64,000 nucleotides of DNA from positions 98,642,001 through 98,706,000 of the forward strand of contig OX597817.1 of the NCBI GenBank assembly GCA_951406725.2. Reading direction: 5' to 3'. The number at the start of each line of letters is the position of its first letter. Within the stretch, counting starts at the first letter, position 1. This stretch comes from Octopus vulgaris (lineage: Eukaryota). Shown piece after piece: positions 25,200 to 37,633 of the stretch. The notes beneath the pieces were generated by a model. That model did no database searches and was not told the origin of the DNA. It saw nothing but the letters and a program-made list of their open reading frames with translations. The position numbers and the translations under genes were made by a program.

Positions 25200-27500
25200 T
25201 ACTGTGGCTCTCAGTAAGACTGATACAAATTGTTCCACTGAAGCCAGCTCAGTTCTCCACCACATCATAATGGGTGATGATAATATGTCATTGTCATATA
25301 CAGATCTGCTCGGGTTGTAAAAGTTTGCATTGTTAATGTTGTTCTTGTTACTATTGTGTTTGTGGACTATTCACTGAGTTGTTTGTCTGGTCACATCATC
25401 TTTGATTGCTGATACTGGTAAAGTAGTTTTTTTGTGGGTTATATTTTTTTTGAGTCATTCCACTTTATTTTTACTTGACCCTCTCCAGTTCCTCTTTGTT
25501 GCTCATGCCACTCTTTGTTATTTTTCACAACTTTCTGATTGCCCTTGGCATCTTCTTCATTCAAATGAACAGAAAGAGTTGATGCTACAGCTGTATTTCT
25601 AGGCATTTCTTCCTGTTTTTGCTATTGTTAAGAAGACTTATTCATAATATCATTTTTTTTTTTTTGTATACTTATAGAAGTTGTACTCTTAATTGCCATC
25701 TTCAGAGCATTTCATAGCCAATTGTTGCCATCAGCTGCAGTCTGAGTTTGCTAAACATGTCACTGAAGGCCTGAAGGCTACAGTATGCTTGTGAAAGGTA
25801 GGAGAAACCAATTTGCTGGACATTGTTGTAGAGCTGAAAACGAGGCAATTTCTACTCTTCTCTTCTGGAAGCCATCTACTCGCGATACCAGAGGGCGCAC
25901 ACGCTCCTACCCTGATGTAATCTCCAGGGATACAGGCATCCAGCAACAGGACCTCCGTAATGCTATGATGGACCGTAAAGTCTGGCATAGCATGGTAAAT
26001 TCCATTGTCTCGACCACGGTCGAACATTGATGATGATGCTGAGAATAACATAGAGGGACCAGTAGCCTGGTCTGTGTCTGCGCTGTTCAGACTAATAGTC
26101 TGAAGGTACCACCACTGCTACTGTCCAAGTCCAGGAAGATCATCAGTGCTTCAAAATCCAAGCTTTTTTTTGAAACAACATTTGGTTTGATTCAGGCCAG
26201 ATGTTGTCAATATTACACTTTATAGTCATTAATGATAGGATTAGAACATGTATCTTGGAAATCCTGGTCTTGCACACCTCCATGGTTACTATAAATGATA
26301 GTTACATCTATATCCAATGATCTGAGGTCTTTCACCAAGTGACCTTGCTCTCTAACCAACTCTAGGCCATGTACATTTTTACATCTCACACTGGTTGGAG
26401 AAAACACAGGGAGAGGTCACTTGGAGGAGACTGGCAATTCAATCTCCAAGGCACCTCTAAATTTTTTTCTTTTACAGAGAACTTCTAATCACAAGATGTC
26501 TGAGTATGTTTATATGGATAGACTTCTCTGTTTATATATTTTGGGGGTGGGGTGGGGTGGAAGAGTTCTTTGGTAAATATGGTTTTTATTAATCATTACC
26601 TTGTCCATAAAATCACTGTGGCTCATTTTCAAATGACTGTAAAGTAAAGAGTGGAGGTTGTTGGTTATTGGTTTTGTTGCTGCTGTTGTTCTTATATTTG
26701 TTTTTGATTTTCTTTCTTTAGTGGTAGTTATATTTGTGTTGTTATTTGGTGGTGGTGGTGCTATTGCTGCTGCTGCTACTGGTGATTGGTTGGTCAATAT
26801 TTCTGCTGTTTCAAGCCATTTTGTCTATTATTCTTTCACCTGGTAATGCTTCTTGTATCTTAGGATCTCTGAGACTTGAGCTAGAGGGAAGAAGTGTCTG
26901 TCTATAAGGTTTTGTGTCTCAGAAAACTTGTAAATAAGAAAAGACTTTCTTAGAAAGTGATTGTTATTATTGCTTTATTCGAGGAGATGGTATTGTTGTT
27001 GGTATAACCACTGTAAAGGTTGTGGTGAAGGTATTGTTGTTGTTTCTGTTACTGCTATTGTAGTTGTTGGTGTTGGTATTGTGGTTGATGTAATAGTGGT
27101 GTTAGCTGTAGTGCCTTACATTCTGCAGCAAGCAGAAGTCCCTCAGTTGATTGGTGGAACTTCTGACTTCCACCATAACATTTACTTGGGTACCATTTGG
27201 AGATTTATTAGAACTATAATCTCATCAAGTGTTTCAGGTTGTACCTAGGTCAGAACTTCTATCTCAATTCCAGACCAATTTTTATGATAGTGATTTTTAT
27301 TTTATAATGCATGCCAACACCTACCAGATATTCATTTCTTGCAGGACATCCAAAACATTCACTGACCATACTATGCTGGAATGAGGACAAACTCTGAGAG
27401 GAATCTTACTTCCACATATTACTTGGCTCAATGATAAAATCAATGTCAGTTCATATGTCTCACAAACATGTCTCCATCTAGGTATGTGTGGCTCTTTCTA
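25200..27500 (-). mobile_element. Highly degraded L1/Tx1-like LINE
   Basis: Minus-strand peptides SPNGTQVNVMVEVR and FVLIPAxYG resemble the ORF1 at 63309 (FPDETRLRVVVEGR, WVLLPSYCG). Boundaries are approximate. Confidence 0.4.
25785..26038 (+). mobile_element. 3' end of a second RTE family
   Basis: RRNQFAGHCCR...RGR...AMMDRKVW C-terminus followed by (GAT)n. Confidence 0.8.
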
Positions 27501-27564
27501 CCTAGTGCTCTTATTTGATATGCACTGATATGTCACTGTTAACCTTCATCATCTTTTAATTTCC

Positions 27565-30500
27565 CGGGGTCGGGGGTGTGGGTATACTTCTTGCGGAGAA
27601 ATGGGTAGATAAGGTAATCGAGGTAGTCAGAGTAAGTGACAGAGTACTTAAAATTAGATTAGTCCTTCACCATAGGTCAGCTACCATCATCTCGGCATAT
27701 GCCCCTCAACCAGGGCTACCAGAAGGACAAAAAGACCAATTCTATGACACCCTATTGCGGACTACCTCATTGACAAATGACAGTGACCTTCTCTTCGTGG
27801 CAGGCGATTTCAATGGACATGTTGGACGACATGTCGGGGGCTTCCATGGCGTTCATGGAGGCTACGGTTTTGGCTCTCAAAATGAGGAGGGAACCAGGCT
27901 GCTGGAGTTCTGCGATGCAAATGACCTTATGGTCTGCAATACCAACTTCAGGAAACCCACCTCTCACCTAGTCACCTACTGTTCTGGCAGACACACTAGC
28001 CAGATTGACTACATCCTTGCCAGAAAAAGGGAAAGAGGGCTGCTTATAAATGCCAAAACCTTTCCAGGCGAAAAATGTACTCCTCAACATAGATTAGTAG
28101 TTAGCGACTTCAGGATCAGAGCTAAATGGTTTCCCAGAAGAAAACCTGCTTGGAGGAGAAGGGTCTGGAAGCTTAAAGATCCTGCAAATGGACAGAGATT
28201 TAGAGACATACTACTCGAAGCCTTTGACGAAATAGAAGGGGATATAGCTTCACTTAATGCGGAAGACAACTGGAGATTTCTACGGGACAATCTGCTGACA
28301 GCCACTGACCAGATCTGTAGATAGAGCAAAGTACCATCTAGACTCAGAGTAATGTGGTGGTGGAACACTGTGGTTGACAGAGCTATTAGACAAAAGAGAC
28401 AGGCTTGGAAGGACTGGAAGAACGGTGGTAGCAGGGAATTGTATCAGACAGCCAGAAGGGAAGCTAGGAGACAGGTTTATTTAGCCAGAGAGGAAGCGGA
28501 TAAGAAAAAATTTGCCAATGTTCTGAGCCGTGAGGATGAAAGACTTGAGGTATTTCGTGTTGCAAGACAGTGTGTGAGAGAGAATTGTGATGTGGTAGGA
28601 GAGAAATGTGTCCGCATAGATGATGGTTCACTTGCCGAATGTCAACCGAACAGAGGGACCACCTATCCGAGTTGAAAATTCTTTGGTAGTTAAAGCAATT
28701 AGAAGCATGAAGACAGGGAAAGCCCCAGGCCCATCAGGAATTACTGCAGAGATGCTCAAAATATCTGGCAGTGTTGGCCATAACCTAGTCACCCATATAG
28801 TCAATCAGGTGATACACGAAGGAGTCATACCCAATGACTGGTGTAGCAGCATACTAGTCAACTGCTACAAAGGTAAAGGTGACGCCCTAGATACAAATAA
28901 TTACAGAGGAATCAAGCTGTTGGATCAGGTAATGAAGGTTACGGAGAGGGTCATAGCCCAACTAATTAGGGAGAGAGTTAGTTTAGATGAGATGCAGTTT
29001 GGGTTCGTGCCAGGAAAAGTACCACTGATGCTATATTCCTGGTAAGGCAGATGCAGGAGAAATACCTAGCCAAAGATAAGCCCCTGTACCTGGCTTTCGT
29101 TGACATGGAGAAAGCCTTTGATAGGGTCCCCCGATCCCTTATCTGGTGGTCAATGAGGAAACTAGGGATAGATGAATGGCTGGTGAGGGCTGTGCAAGCC
29201 ATGTACAGAGATGCCGTAAGTAAGGTTAGGTTGGCAACATGTACACAGAAGAATTCAAAGTAGAGGTTGGGGTCCACCAGGGTTCAGTACTCAGCCCCCT
29301 CCTTTTTATCATAGTCCTCCAGGCAATTACGGAGGAATTCAAGACAGGTTGCCCCTGGGAGCTCCTCTATGCTGACGACCTTGCTCTAATTGCTGAGTCA
29401 CTATCAGAATTGGAGGAGAAGTTCCAGGTGTGGAAGGAGGGTTTAGAATCGAGGGGCCTTAGAGTCAACCTAGCTAAAACCAAAGTACTAATAAGTAGGA
29501 AGGTAGACAATCCACAAATGTCTTCAGGAAGATGGCCCTGCTCGATCTGTAGAAAAGGTGTAGGTAGAAACTCTATAAGATGTACCCAGTGTAAGCTATG
29601 GACACATAAGAGGTGCAGCAATGTCAAAGGTAGGCTAACTGGGAAGATAGTTTTTGTATGTGGCAGATGCTCGGGAGCATTAACCTCCGAAAATCTGCAG
29701 AAAACAACTTCCGTCATTTTCCAGGGGGAAAAACTAGAAGTAGTTGATAGCTTCCGTTATCTAGGTGACCAAGTCAGTAGTGGGGGTGGGTGCATTGAAT
29801 AAGAATAGCCTGGGCAAAGTTTAGGGAGCTCTTACCTCTGCTGGTGACTAAAGGCCTCTCACTCAGAGTAAAAGGCAGACTGTATGATGCATGTGTACGA
29901 ACAGCCATGCTACATGGCAGTGAAACATGGGCCGTGACTGCTGAGGACATGCATAAGCTCACGAGGAATGAAGCCAGTATGCTCCGATGGATGTGTAATG
30001 TCAGTGTACATACTCGACAGAGCGTTAGTACCTTGAGAGAAATGTTGTACCTGAGAAGCATCAGTTGTGGTGTGCAAGAAAGACGATTGTGCTGGTATGG
30101 TCATGTGGCGAGAATGGACAAAGATAGGTGTGTGAAAAGGTGCCAATCCCGAGCAGTTGAGGGAACCCGTGGAAGAGGTAGACCCAGGAAAACCTGGGAC
30201 GAGGTAGTGAAGCACGACCTTCGAACTTTAGGCCTCACTGAGGAAATGACCAGCGACCGTGACCTTTGGAAATATGTTGTACGTGAGAAGACCAGGTAGG
30301 ACAAGTGAGCCCAGCCCACTTATGCATGCCTTTCCTCCCTTGGACACAAAGACCTGTTGAGGCAAGCGAAGCCGATATCGAACCTCATCCGACGACAGGC
30401 ACCCATGCCAACCCCTCTGCTTGTGAAGACATGTTGGAGCAAGTGAAATCGAAATCGAAATCGAAATCGGAATCGAAATTGAACCAATCCTATGACTGGC

Positions 30501-30853
30501 ACCCGGCAGATGCCAGGACCCCTGGACTGGTGGTACATAAAAAGCACTATCTGAATCGTGGCCGATGCCAGCGCTGCCTCGACTGGCTTCCGTGCCGGTG
30601 GCACGTAAAATGCACCAATCTGACCGTGGCCATTGCCAGCCTCGCCTGGCACCTGTGCGGGTGGCACGTAAAAAGCACTCACTACACTCACGGAGTGGTT
30701 GGTGTTAGGAAGGGCATCCAGCTGTAGAAACATTGCCAGATAAGACTGGAGCTTGGTGCAGCCTTCTGGCTTCCCAGATCCCCGGTCGAACCGTCCAACC
30801 CATGCTAGCATGGAGAACGGACGTTAAACGATGATGATGATGATGATGATGAT
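27565..30853 (+). mobile_element. Young, 5'-truncated RTE LINE (APE + RT with PHD insert + 3' UTR repeats + (GAT)n)
   Basis: AYAPQ, GDFNGHVG, QIDYIL; HQGSVLSPLLF, YADD; RGRGRPRKTW; few disablements; small internal deletion near 28635 relative to the copy at 226. Confidence 0.95.
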
Positions 30854-31499
30854 GTTGCCAGCAAGAGTTGGATGGTTTGACAGGATCCAACAGATTTGAA
30901 GACTGCATCATGGTCCAATGTCTGCTTTGGCATGATTTCTATGGCTGCATTCAAATGACAACTATTTTACAGAGTATACCAGATGCTTTTTTGTGGTACC
31001 AGCACTAGTGTGGTCACCATCCCATATCAAGTGAATCTGTGTGTACGTGTGTATGTAAGAAAATCATATTTAATAACAGAAAAGTATGCTATTAAAATAA
31101 ATTATCTTTTACATACCTTTTTTAAATCACTATCACCCTAATGAAATTCCTTATACACATGCATACACATACACTGACAAACACACACACATTCAGTGGA
31201 AGCAGTATACTTTTATAGAAAGTGAGAAAGTTTACCAAGAGAAAATGAAAGAGATAGAGAAATAGAGGGTGAGAGATCTTAACTGTCTGTTACAGATTTT
31301 GAAATTTTAAAATTAAGTAAAAATTTTCAAATTTGGTATATTGATGTACTTTTTCATGCGTAATCTGAGCTTGTGATTCATATATTCCAGAAAAATTTTA
31401 GGAAAATGTTACAGAAGTTCAAAGTTTGATCATTTTTACCAAATCAGGAAACAGGATTTCTATGTAATAGCTGCCATAAAATGAAAGTAAACATTAGAA

Positions 31500-34408
31500 C
31501 ATAGCTTCCCAAAGTGGGTGATATTGCCCACTAGTGGGTGATTTCAACTTACATGTCAGTGATGGGTGAATTTCTAGAAAATGGTGGTCAATTTGAGATT
31601 TTTGCAGGTGATATGAACATTTTGTGGGTGACAATGAATTTTTAGAAATTAAGTCTGCTTTTACTGATATCTAGGCATGCCTAGAATAAGGATGCATTTT
31701 TATCGATTTGACTACTGTATTAAAAACACAGACTTGTTTATCAATTGAATATTTTTGTCAGTCATTGAGATAGTTGTCATGCATGCTAGAAATAGCAGCC
31801 AAATAGTCCTAGGCCTTAAATAACACTCCACTACAAATTTCTTTTTCTTTTGGCATAATCATATGAAGTCCCACGTGTAGAATTCAAATTCACAAAAATT
31901 TCCCGAAAACTCCAAAAAATAAAAAAAGTTATGAGGGGTTATGTTGTGTGTAATTCTGTGGTTTCATATCTAAACACAAGTGCTATTTTCAGGATGTCAC
32001 GCACAAAATGACAGCTTTGAAATCATGTTTCTTGACTGGGTGAAAATGATCAAACTTTAAACCTCTATAACTTTTTAAAAACATTTTTCTGGTAAAAGTT
32101 GAATAATACCAGCAATTTAGCTTGGAAAGGTACATTAATGTACCAAATTTTAAAATTTTCTATAAACTTTTATTTTTAAAATGCTGGCAGCCAAACGAAC
32201 TAGATCCGTATTTGCTCTGTAAAGATGTGTCATCTGACTCTATTCTATTGACTTCTTCTCTTTGGGAATACCATACTTTCTGATGCCATCTGTAGAAATT
32301 CGTTTTCACAATTTCACTTTACTGATGCCACCAGTCAAGAAAATTTGTCAACAGTACAGTAGTGATTATTTATCATTTGGATTTATTCCCTCTCCTCAGA
32401 AATGTCAGTTACCAATGTGTGCCTTCTTTGCTATCAAACGTTGACCAATGAAGCAATGAAACCTTCATGCTTGAAGTATCAGTTTGATGCAAAGCATTCT
32501 GACAAGAAGGACAAGCCATTATCATACGTTTTGTAATGCAAACATTCAACACGCTGCTCCAGGAAACTAGTAAACAGGAGAATGACGGGTTGATTGCATC
32601 ATACAATATTGCATTACTTGTTGCTAAGTCTGGGAAGTTTCACATAATCGGAGAAACATTACTTCGCCCAGTTATCAAAGCGATTTTGTCAACCGTTATG
32701 CATGAAAAACTCAATAACATTATGAAGATCCCACTTAGTAATAACATAATTTCTCAAAGCATCAATGAAATGGCCAATGATGTCAAACATTAGCTCGTTA
32801 ATATTCTCCAGCGTTCTGAATTTTCTATACAAGTGGATGAGTCAACTGTTGTAGACAATTAATGTTTGATGATGGTATATGTTCAGTATTTCAGCCAAGA
32901 CCTTCAAGCTTGTGAGGAAATGCTTTTCACAGAGAAATTGCTGCTTTTTCACACTCTCAAGTTTTTCCTTCCCACTCAGTAATATTTTTGCCTGTTTATC
33001 TTATGGAGTCCCTTCAATGATAGGAAGATACAGAGGTTTTTCATTTCTCCTAAAGCATGAAATTTCCCACCAGATACTAACTGTTCATTGCTTGGCACAC
33101 TGGCAGCATTTAGTGGCAAAAAATATGAATGGTAGGTTGAATGATGCACTACAGTTAGTTGTCAAGACTGTGAACAAATTGAAGTCCAGTCCCTTGTTTA
33201 ATCGAATTTTCTACCAACTCTGTCCGAGAAATGATGAGGACCATACTAAACTCTTATACCATACCGAAGTGCAGTAGCTGTCAAAAGGAAACTGTTTTAG
33301 ACCTTGTTGAACTGTTTCATATAATCATATCTTTCTTTGAAGATACTCCTCTATCCACTTTATTGATGGTTGCAAGGTGCAATGTCATTTTTCTTTGTGA
33401 TATATTCACAAAATTAAATGATTTGAATAAGTTATTGCAAGAAAACAGAAAAACTCTCTTGATTGTAAATCATTTACCACTACTTTCATTTCCAAATTGG
33501 TGTTGTATATGACTAACATTTGAAAATGTTAATTTCATCAATTTCTACAACTTGATTCTGAATTAGTTGATGAGGATTTAACTACATATTGTAGCTATTT
33601 ACAACAATTGCACAATAACATGGTGGAGTGATTTCAAAATGTTATTGCGCTGAATATTCTAAATTGGTATAGCAATCTGTTTAAGGTCGATGCAGTTAAT
33701 TGTGAGGATGATGTTCAGTAGGAATTGATAGAATTACAAAATGACAATGACACCATAATGTGACATTGCTGTAATCACAAAGGTTTGTGGTTCCACCAGA
33801 GTATATTGAATTCCTACCCCAGTCTGTGAAAACATCCGAAATTACTTTTGCTTGCCTTCCCTACCTCATACCTGGTTGAATCTGATTTTAACCATGGTGG
33901 AACTTTACTTTCCCATAAAAGAATTGAACTGGATGTGACACAGTGAGGAGATTTGTGGCTAAAGTTTGAAACCGAATGTATCTGCACTAGCTGCATTGCA
34001 CCAGACACATGGTTCTCATTAAAAAGTTTAATTTTTTCCTTTATAATACAATCATTAATTATTTTTGCATCGGTAGTTCTGATCAATGGTTCATCTGTGA
34101 AAATGAAAATCTGTGTAAAAGAAAGCGCAAGTTTTCAGAAGTTAATCTGTCTGAAAAATATAGAGATAATGTTAGAATTTTATTGACACTGACAAAACTA
34201 AACCCACAATAACCACATATTTGTACTAAAAGTACAAACAGCACTAACAGGGCAACAAGTCTATGATATAGCGTGTGTGTCAAATGATACAAGGGGTGGG
34301 GGGTGTTGGTTGTGCAAAGGTTTTTTTTACACAGGTGGATGACGGAGCATTTTTTGGCTGAGAAGTAGGTGATACTGTAATTTGGCACGAAAAGTTTGGG
34401 AAACACTG
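31500..34408 (+). mobile_element. Full-length hAT Buster/Charlie element with degraded transposase (~32325-33980)
   Basis: TIRs catagcttcccaaa / tttgggaaacactg; 8-bp TSD CATTAGAA (31492-31499, 34409-34416); ASYNIA, VDEST, HCLAH motifs. Confidence 0.88.
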
Positions 34409-34619
34409 CATTAGAAGAACAGAATTTAACAAACTGAAAGCTATGCATGAGAATCATTACATATGCAAAGAGAGTATGTCAAAGAGTATAGTAAATAACA
34501 GAGAGAGAGAGATTGTTGGTGATAGATAGTGAGATGCAGATTTCAAAAATTGAATTTGTTTTTCTCAAGTTAGCACTGTTTCTAAGCCTTTTGGGGCTAA
34601 ACATACATTCATAACCACA

Positions 34620-35230
34620 TACACTCACATTTATATAATAAATTTTATCTTTATACCCAGCTTCAGCTAGGGAATTATTATAGAACCTTTCATTATTCTT
34701 TAATATTTCTTCATTAGTGGTCAGTCTAGATATATGAAGAGAAATATTGTTAATGATAGAAGCCGTAATATTTTTAGGATGATTCGAGTTTTTATCTATG
34801 CATTTAAGGTTATCATTGGGTATGTGGTAGAAAGTCAACCTTACTATACTCATTTTCAATGGAAATAGGCAGAACTAGATCTTAAAATGATTTAAAGAGA
34901 GTTTTTTCCATAATTTTTCTTTATTTACATTACTAGATTTATATACAGTAAAGAAAGCAACAACCCTATATAATCCACCCCTCGCCCCTGCCCATTTGTG
35001 CAAATTCACTGTTTATACATTTTCAAATATATATTCCCATTAAGTCCATTACATGAGTAGAATCACTGGAGGCCATGGTAATGTTGAACTGATCAGCTCT
35101 ATCTTTCCTTACCCACTATTTTCCTTCAAATTCAATTATGGATTTTTTAGCAACCTGTATATTTACTTCTTCCTTAGATAAGCTTAAGTCTTTTCTCATT
35201 GTAAATATTAACACTTAAAGTACCCTCACT
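34620..35230 (-). mobile_element. Penelope-like (Neptune-type) reverse transcriptase fragment
   Basis: WVRK..FNITMASSD..DLMGIYIL resembles the PLE FDVTMGS motif; SNHPKNI..ISRL..NEE..AGY is the thumb/linker. Confidence 0.75.
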
Positions 35231-35320
35231 GTGGAAAGAGTCAATACACAGCGTTTGCTTATAAGATATTATTATTATTATTTACAGAACAAATTTACAT
35301 ATGTATGTCTGTATGTGTGC

Positions 35321-35351
<31 letters not shown>

Positions 35352-35352
<1 letters not shown>

Positions 35353-36710
35353 TAAATGTAGCAAAGACCAAAGTTATAGTAAGCAGAAAGGCGGATGCAC
35401 AGGGACAATAGACTCCACAGACACTCAGAAAACAGATTCCATCACACTCCAGGGGGAGAAACTAGGAGTAGTTGATAGTTTCCGCTACCTGGGTGATCAA
35501 GTTAGTAGTGGAGGTGGATGCTCAGAGAATATCACCACTAGAATACGAATAGCCTGGGCAAAGTTCAGAAAGCTCCTACCCCTACTGGCGACAAAAGGTC
35601 TCTCGCTCAGAGTGAAAGGTAGATTGTATGATGCATGTGTGCGAACTGCCATGCTTCACGGTAGTGAAACATGGGCTGTGACTGCAGAGGACATGCGTAG
35701 ACTTGAAAGAAATGAAGCTAGCATGATCCGCTGGATGTGTAATGTCAGTGTGCACGCACGACAGAGTGTAAGCACCCTGAGAGAAATGCTGGACATAAGA
35801 AGCATCAGATGTGGTGTGCAAGAGCAACGCTTGCGATGGTATGGTCATGTACTGCGGATGGATGAGGAGAGATGTGTGAAGAAGTGCCACTCCCAAACAG
35901 TTGAAGGTATCAGGGGGAGAGGTAGACCCAGGAAGACATGGGATGAGGTAGTCAAGCATGACCTCAGAGCGTTGGGCCTCACTGAGGCAATGGCGAAGGA
36001 CCGAGATCTCTGGACATATGCTGTGACTGCAAAGACCCGGGCTGCTTCCTGCACCAGTTCCGCATAGCCCCTGCCCATTCAAAGTACCCTGGATCCCAGA
36101 ACGTCTCGCTGTGCTTGAGGAGACCTGTTGAGTCAAGTACATGAACATGAACATCGAAATAAATATCAATGGAAATAGTAGTTGTGATACCTGTACCGCT
36201 GGCACATAAAAAGCACCATCCGAACATGGCCGATGCCAGTGCCACCCCGACTGGCTTGTGCCGGTGGCACATAAAAAGCACCATCCGTACGTGGCCGTTG
36301 CCAGCGCCACCTCGACTGGCTTCTGTGCCGGTGGCACATAAAAAGCACCATCCGAACATGGCCGATGCCAGTGCCACCCCGACTGGCTTCTGTGCCGGTG
36401 GCACATAAAAAGCACCATCCGAACGTGGCCGTTGCCAGCGTCACCTTGGCTGGCTTCTGTGCCGGTGGCACGTTAAAAGCTCCAACCGATCGTGGCCGAT
36501 GACGGAGCCCCTGGCACCTGTGCAGGTGGCACGTAAAAAGGACCCACTACACTCGCGGAGTGGTTGGCATTAGGAAGGGCATCCAGCTGTAGAAACTCTG
36601 CCAGATCAGACTGGAGCCTGGTGCAGCCCCTGGCTTCCCAGACCCCGGTCGAACCGTCCAACCCGTGCTGGCGCGGAAAACGGACGTTAAACGATGATGA
36701 TGATGATGAT
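35352..36710 (+). mobile_element. 5'-truncated RTE LINE with expanded 3' UTR repeats
   Basis: ORF 35612-36067 is the RTE C-terminus; ~60-bp repeats at 36190-36540; (GAT)n tail. Confidence 0.92.
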
Positions 36711-37633
36711 ATAATCAAAATAAGCAACAAGGATATCCAAAGGTAGTGCAGTACAATTGTTTCATGCTACTTCATTTAATTAAACAATGTAAGTATTACA
36801 TCAGTTTTAAAATGTAGAGCAATTTTCAGCCACATATGGAATTTTTTAATGAAATTGACAATATTCATTTTTATACTTATTCCATTTGCCAACATTACAA
36901 AGAGGGTAGGTATATAGACAGAGAGGTGAATCTCATCAATAGAAACATGGTAGTAAATGACCTTTACTCACGGGTAGATTTCTTATCATTGAATTTACTT
37001 TGTTATTTAGATTTACTATTGGGAAGGGGGTTTTATTCTATTAAGTTCAGTGGAGACAACCAAGAATTTATCTATTTATAGGAAGAGGCAGTTTAAGTGA
37101 CAGAGCCATAAATCCAACTCTTTTTTTTAGCTAAAGTTAGTAGGCTGAACCTAGTGGGGTAGGGAGAATAGAAACTTCCAATACCTTAACCATTTAACAG
37201 TCATAATCCTACTTGTGATTTGAAATAAATATCTTTTAGATAGTTTTTTCCAAATGATTCTAATAAATTTTAGGAGAGTTATAGAAATCATTTCATATTT
37301 ATAAAAATATATACATCAAATTATTATTAATATAGATTTATAGTTAGTTAGTAAATAGTAATTTATTTGTATTAATGAGTTAAATTAAAGGAATATGCTA
37401 GACATATCATTTATTTCCTGCATGTTAATGATTTTAGAATGTACTTCACTTGAGCTATAAAATAGATAGTGAGTTATAAAGTAGCATGAAATGATTGTAC
37501 TGCACTACATCTGGATATCCTTGTTGCTTATTTTGATTATAATCACCCCATTTGATTTATATGGATAATACCATACCAGATTCTGGTGCAGTATAATCGT
37601 TTCATGCTACTTTATAACTCACTATCTACTTTT
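36711..37633. mobile_element. Short AT-rich inverted-repeat element of the same hammerhead-bearing family as 5555-11860
   Basis: 36711-36772 is inverted to 37479-37540; shared aaataagcaacaaggatatcc terminus and ggataataccatac tail. Confidence 0.65.
36747..36834 (-). ncRNA. Degenerate hammerhead motif
   Basis: TGTGG-CTGAAAA-long stem II-GAAA-CAATTG-TA-CTGCA; stem III remains palindromic. Confidence 0.5.

Noticed and set aside
26510-27248. Hydrophobic or low-complexity ORFs
   Set aside because: Derived from GTT/GGT/GCT-rich sequence in a degraded LINE region.
31280-32200. Inverted similarity between 31280-31460 and 32020-32170 as one element's TIRs
   Set aside because: The pair straddles the hAT left end and is diverged; more likely two separate old MITE copies with unresolved boundaries.
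36185-36545. Regularly spaced ~60-bp repeats resembling a CRISPR array (also 42645-42930, 49920-50250, 55298-55660)
   Set aside because: The intervening sequences are homologous to each other and are not unique spacers; there are no cas genes; the arrays are RTE 3' UTRs in a eukaryotic genome.
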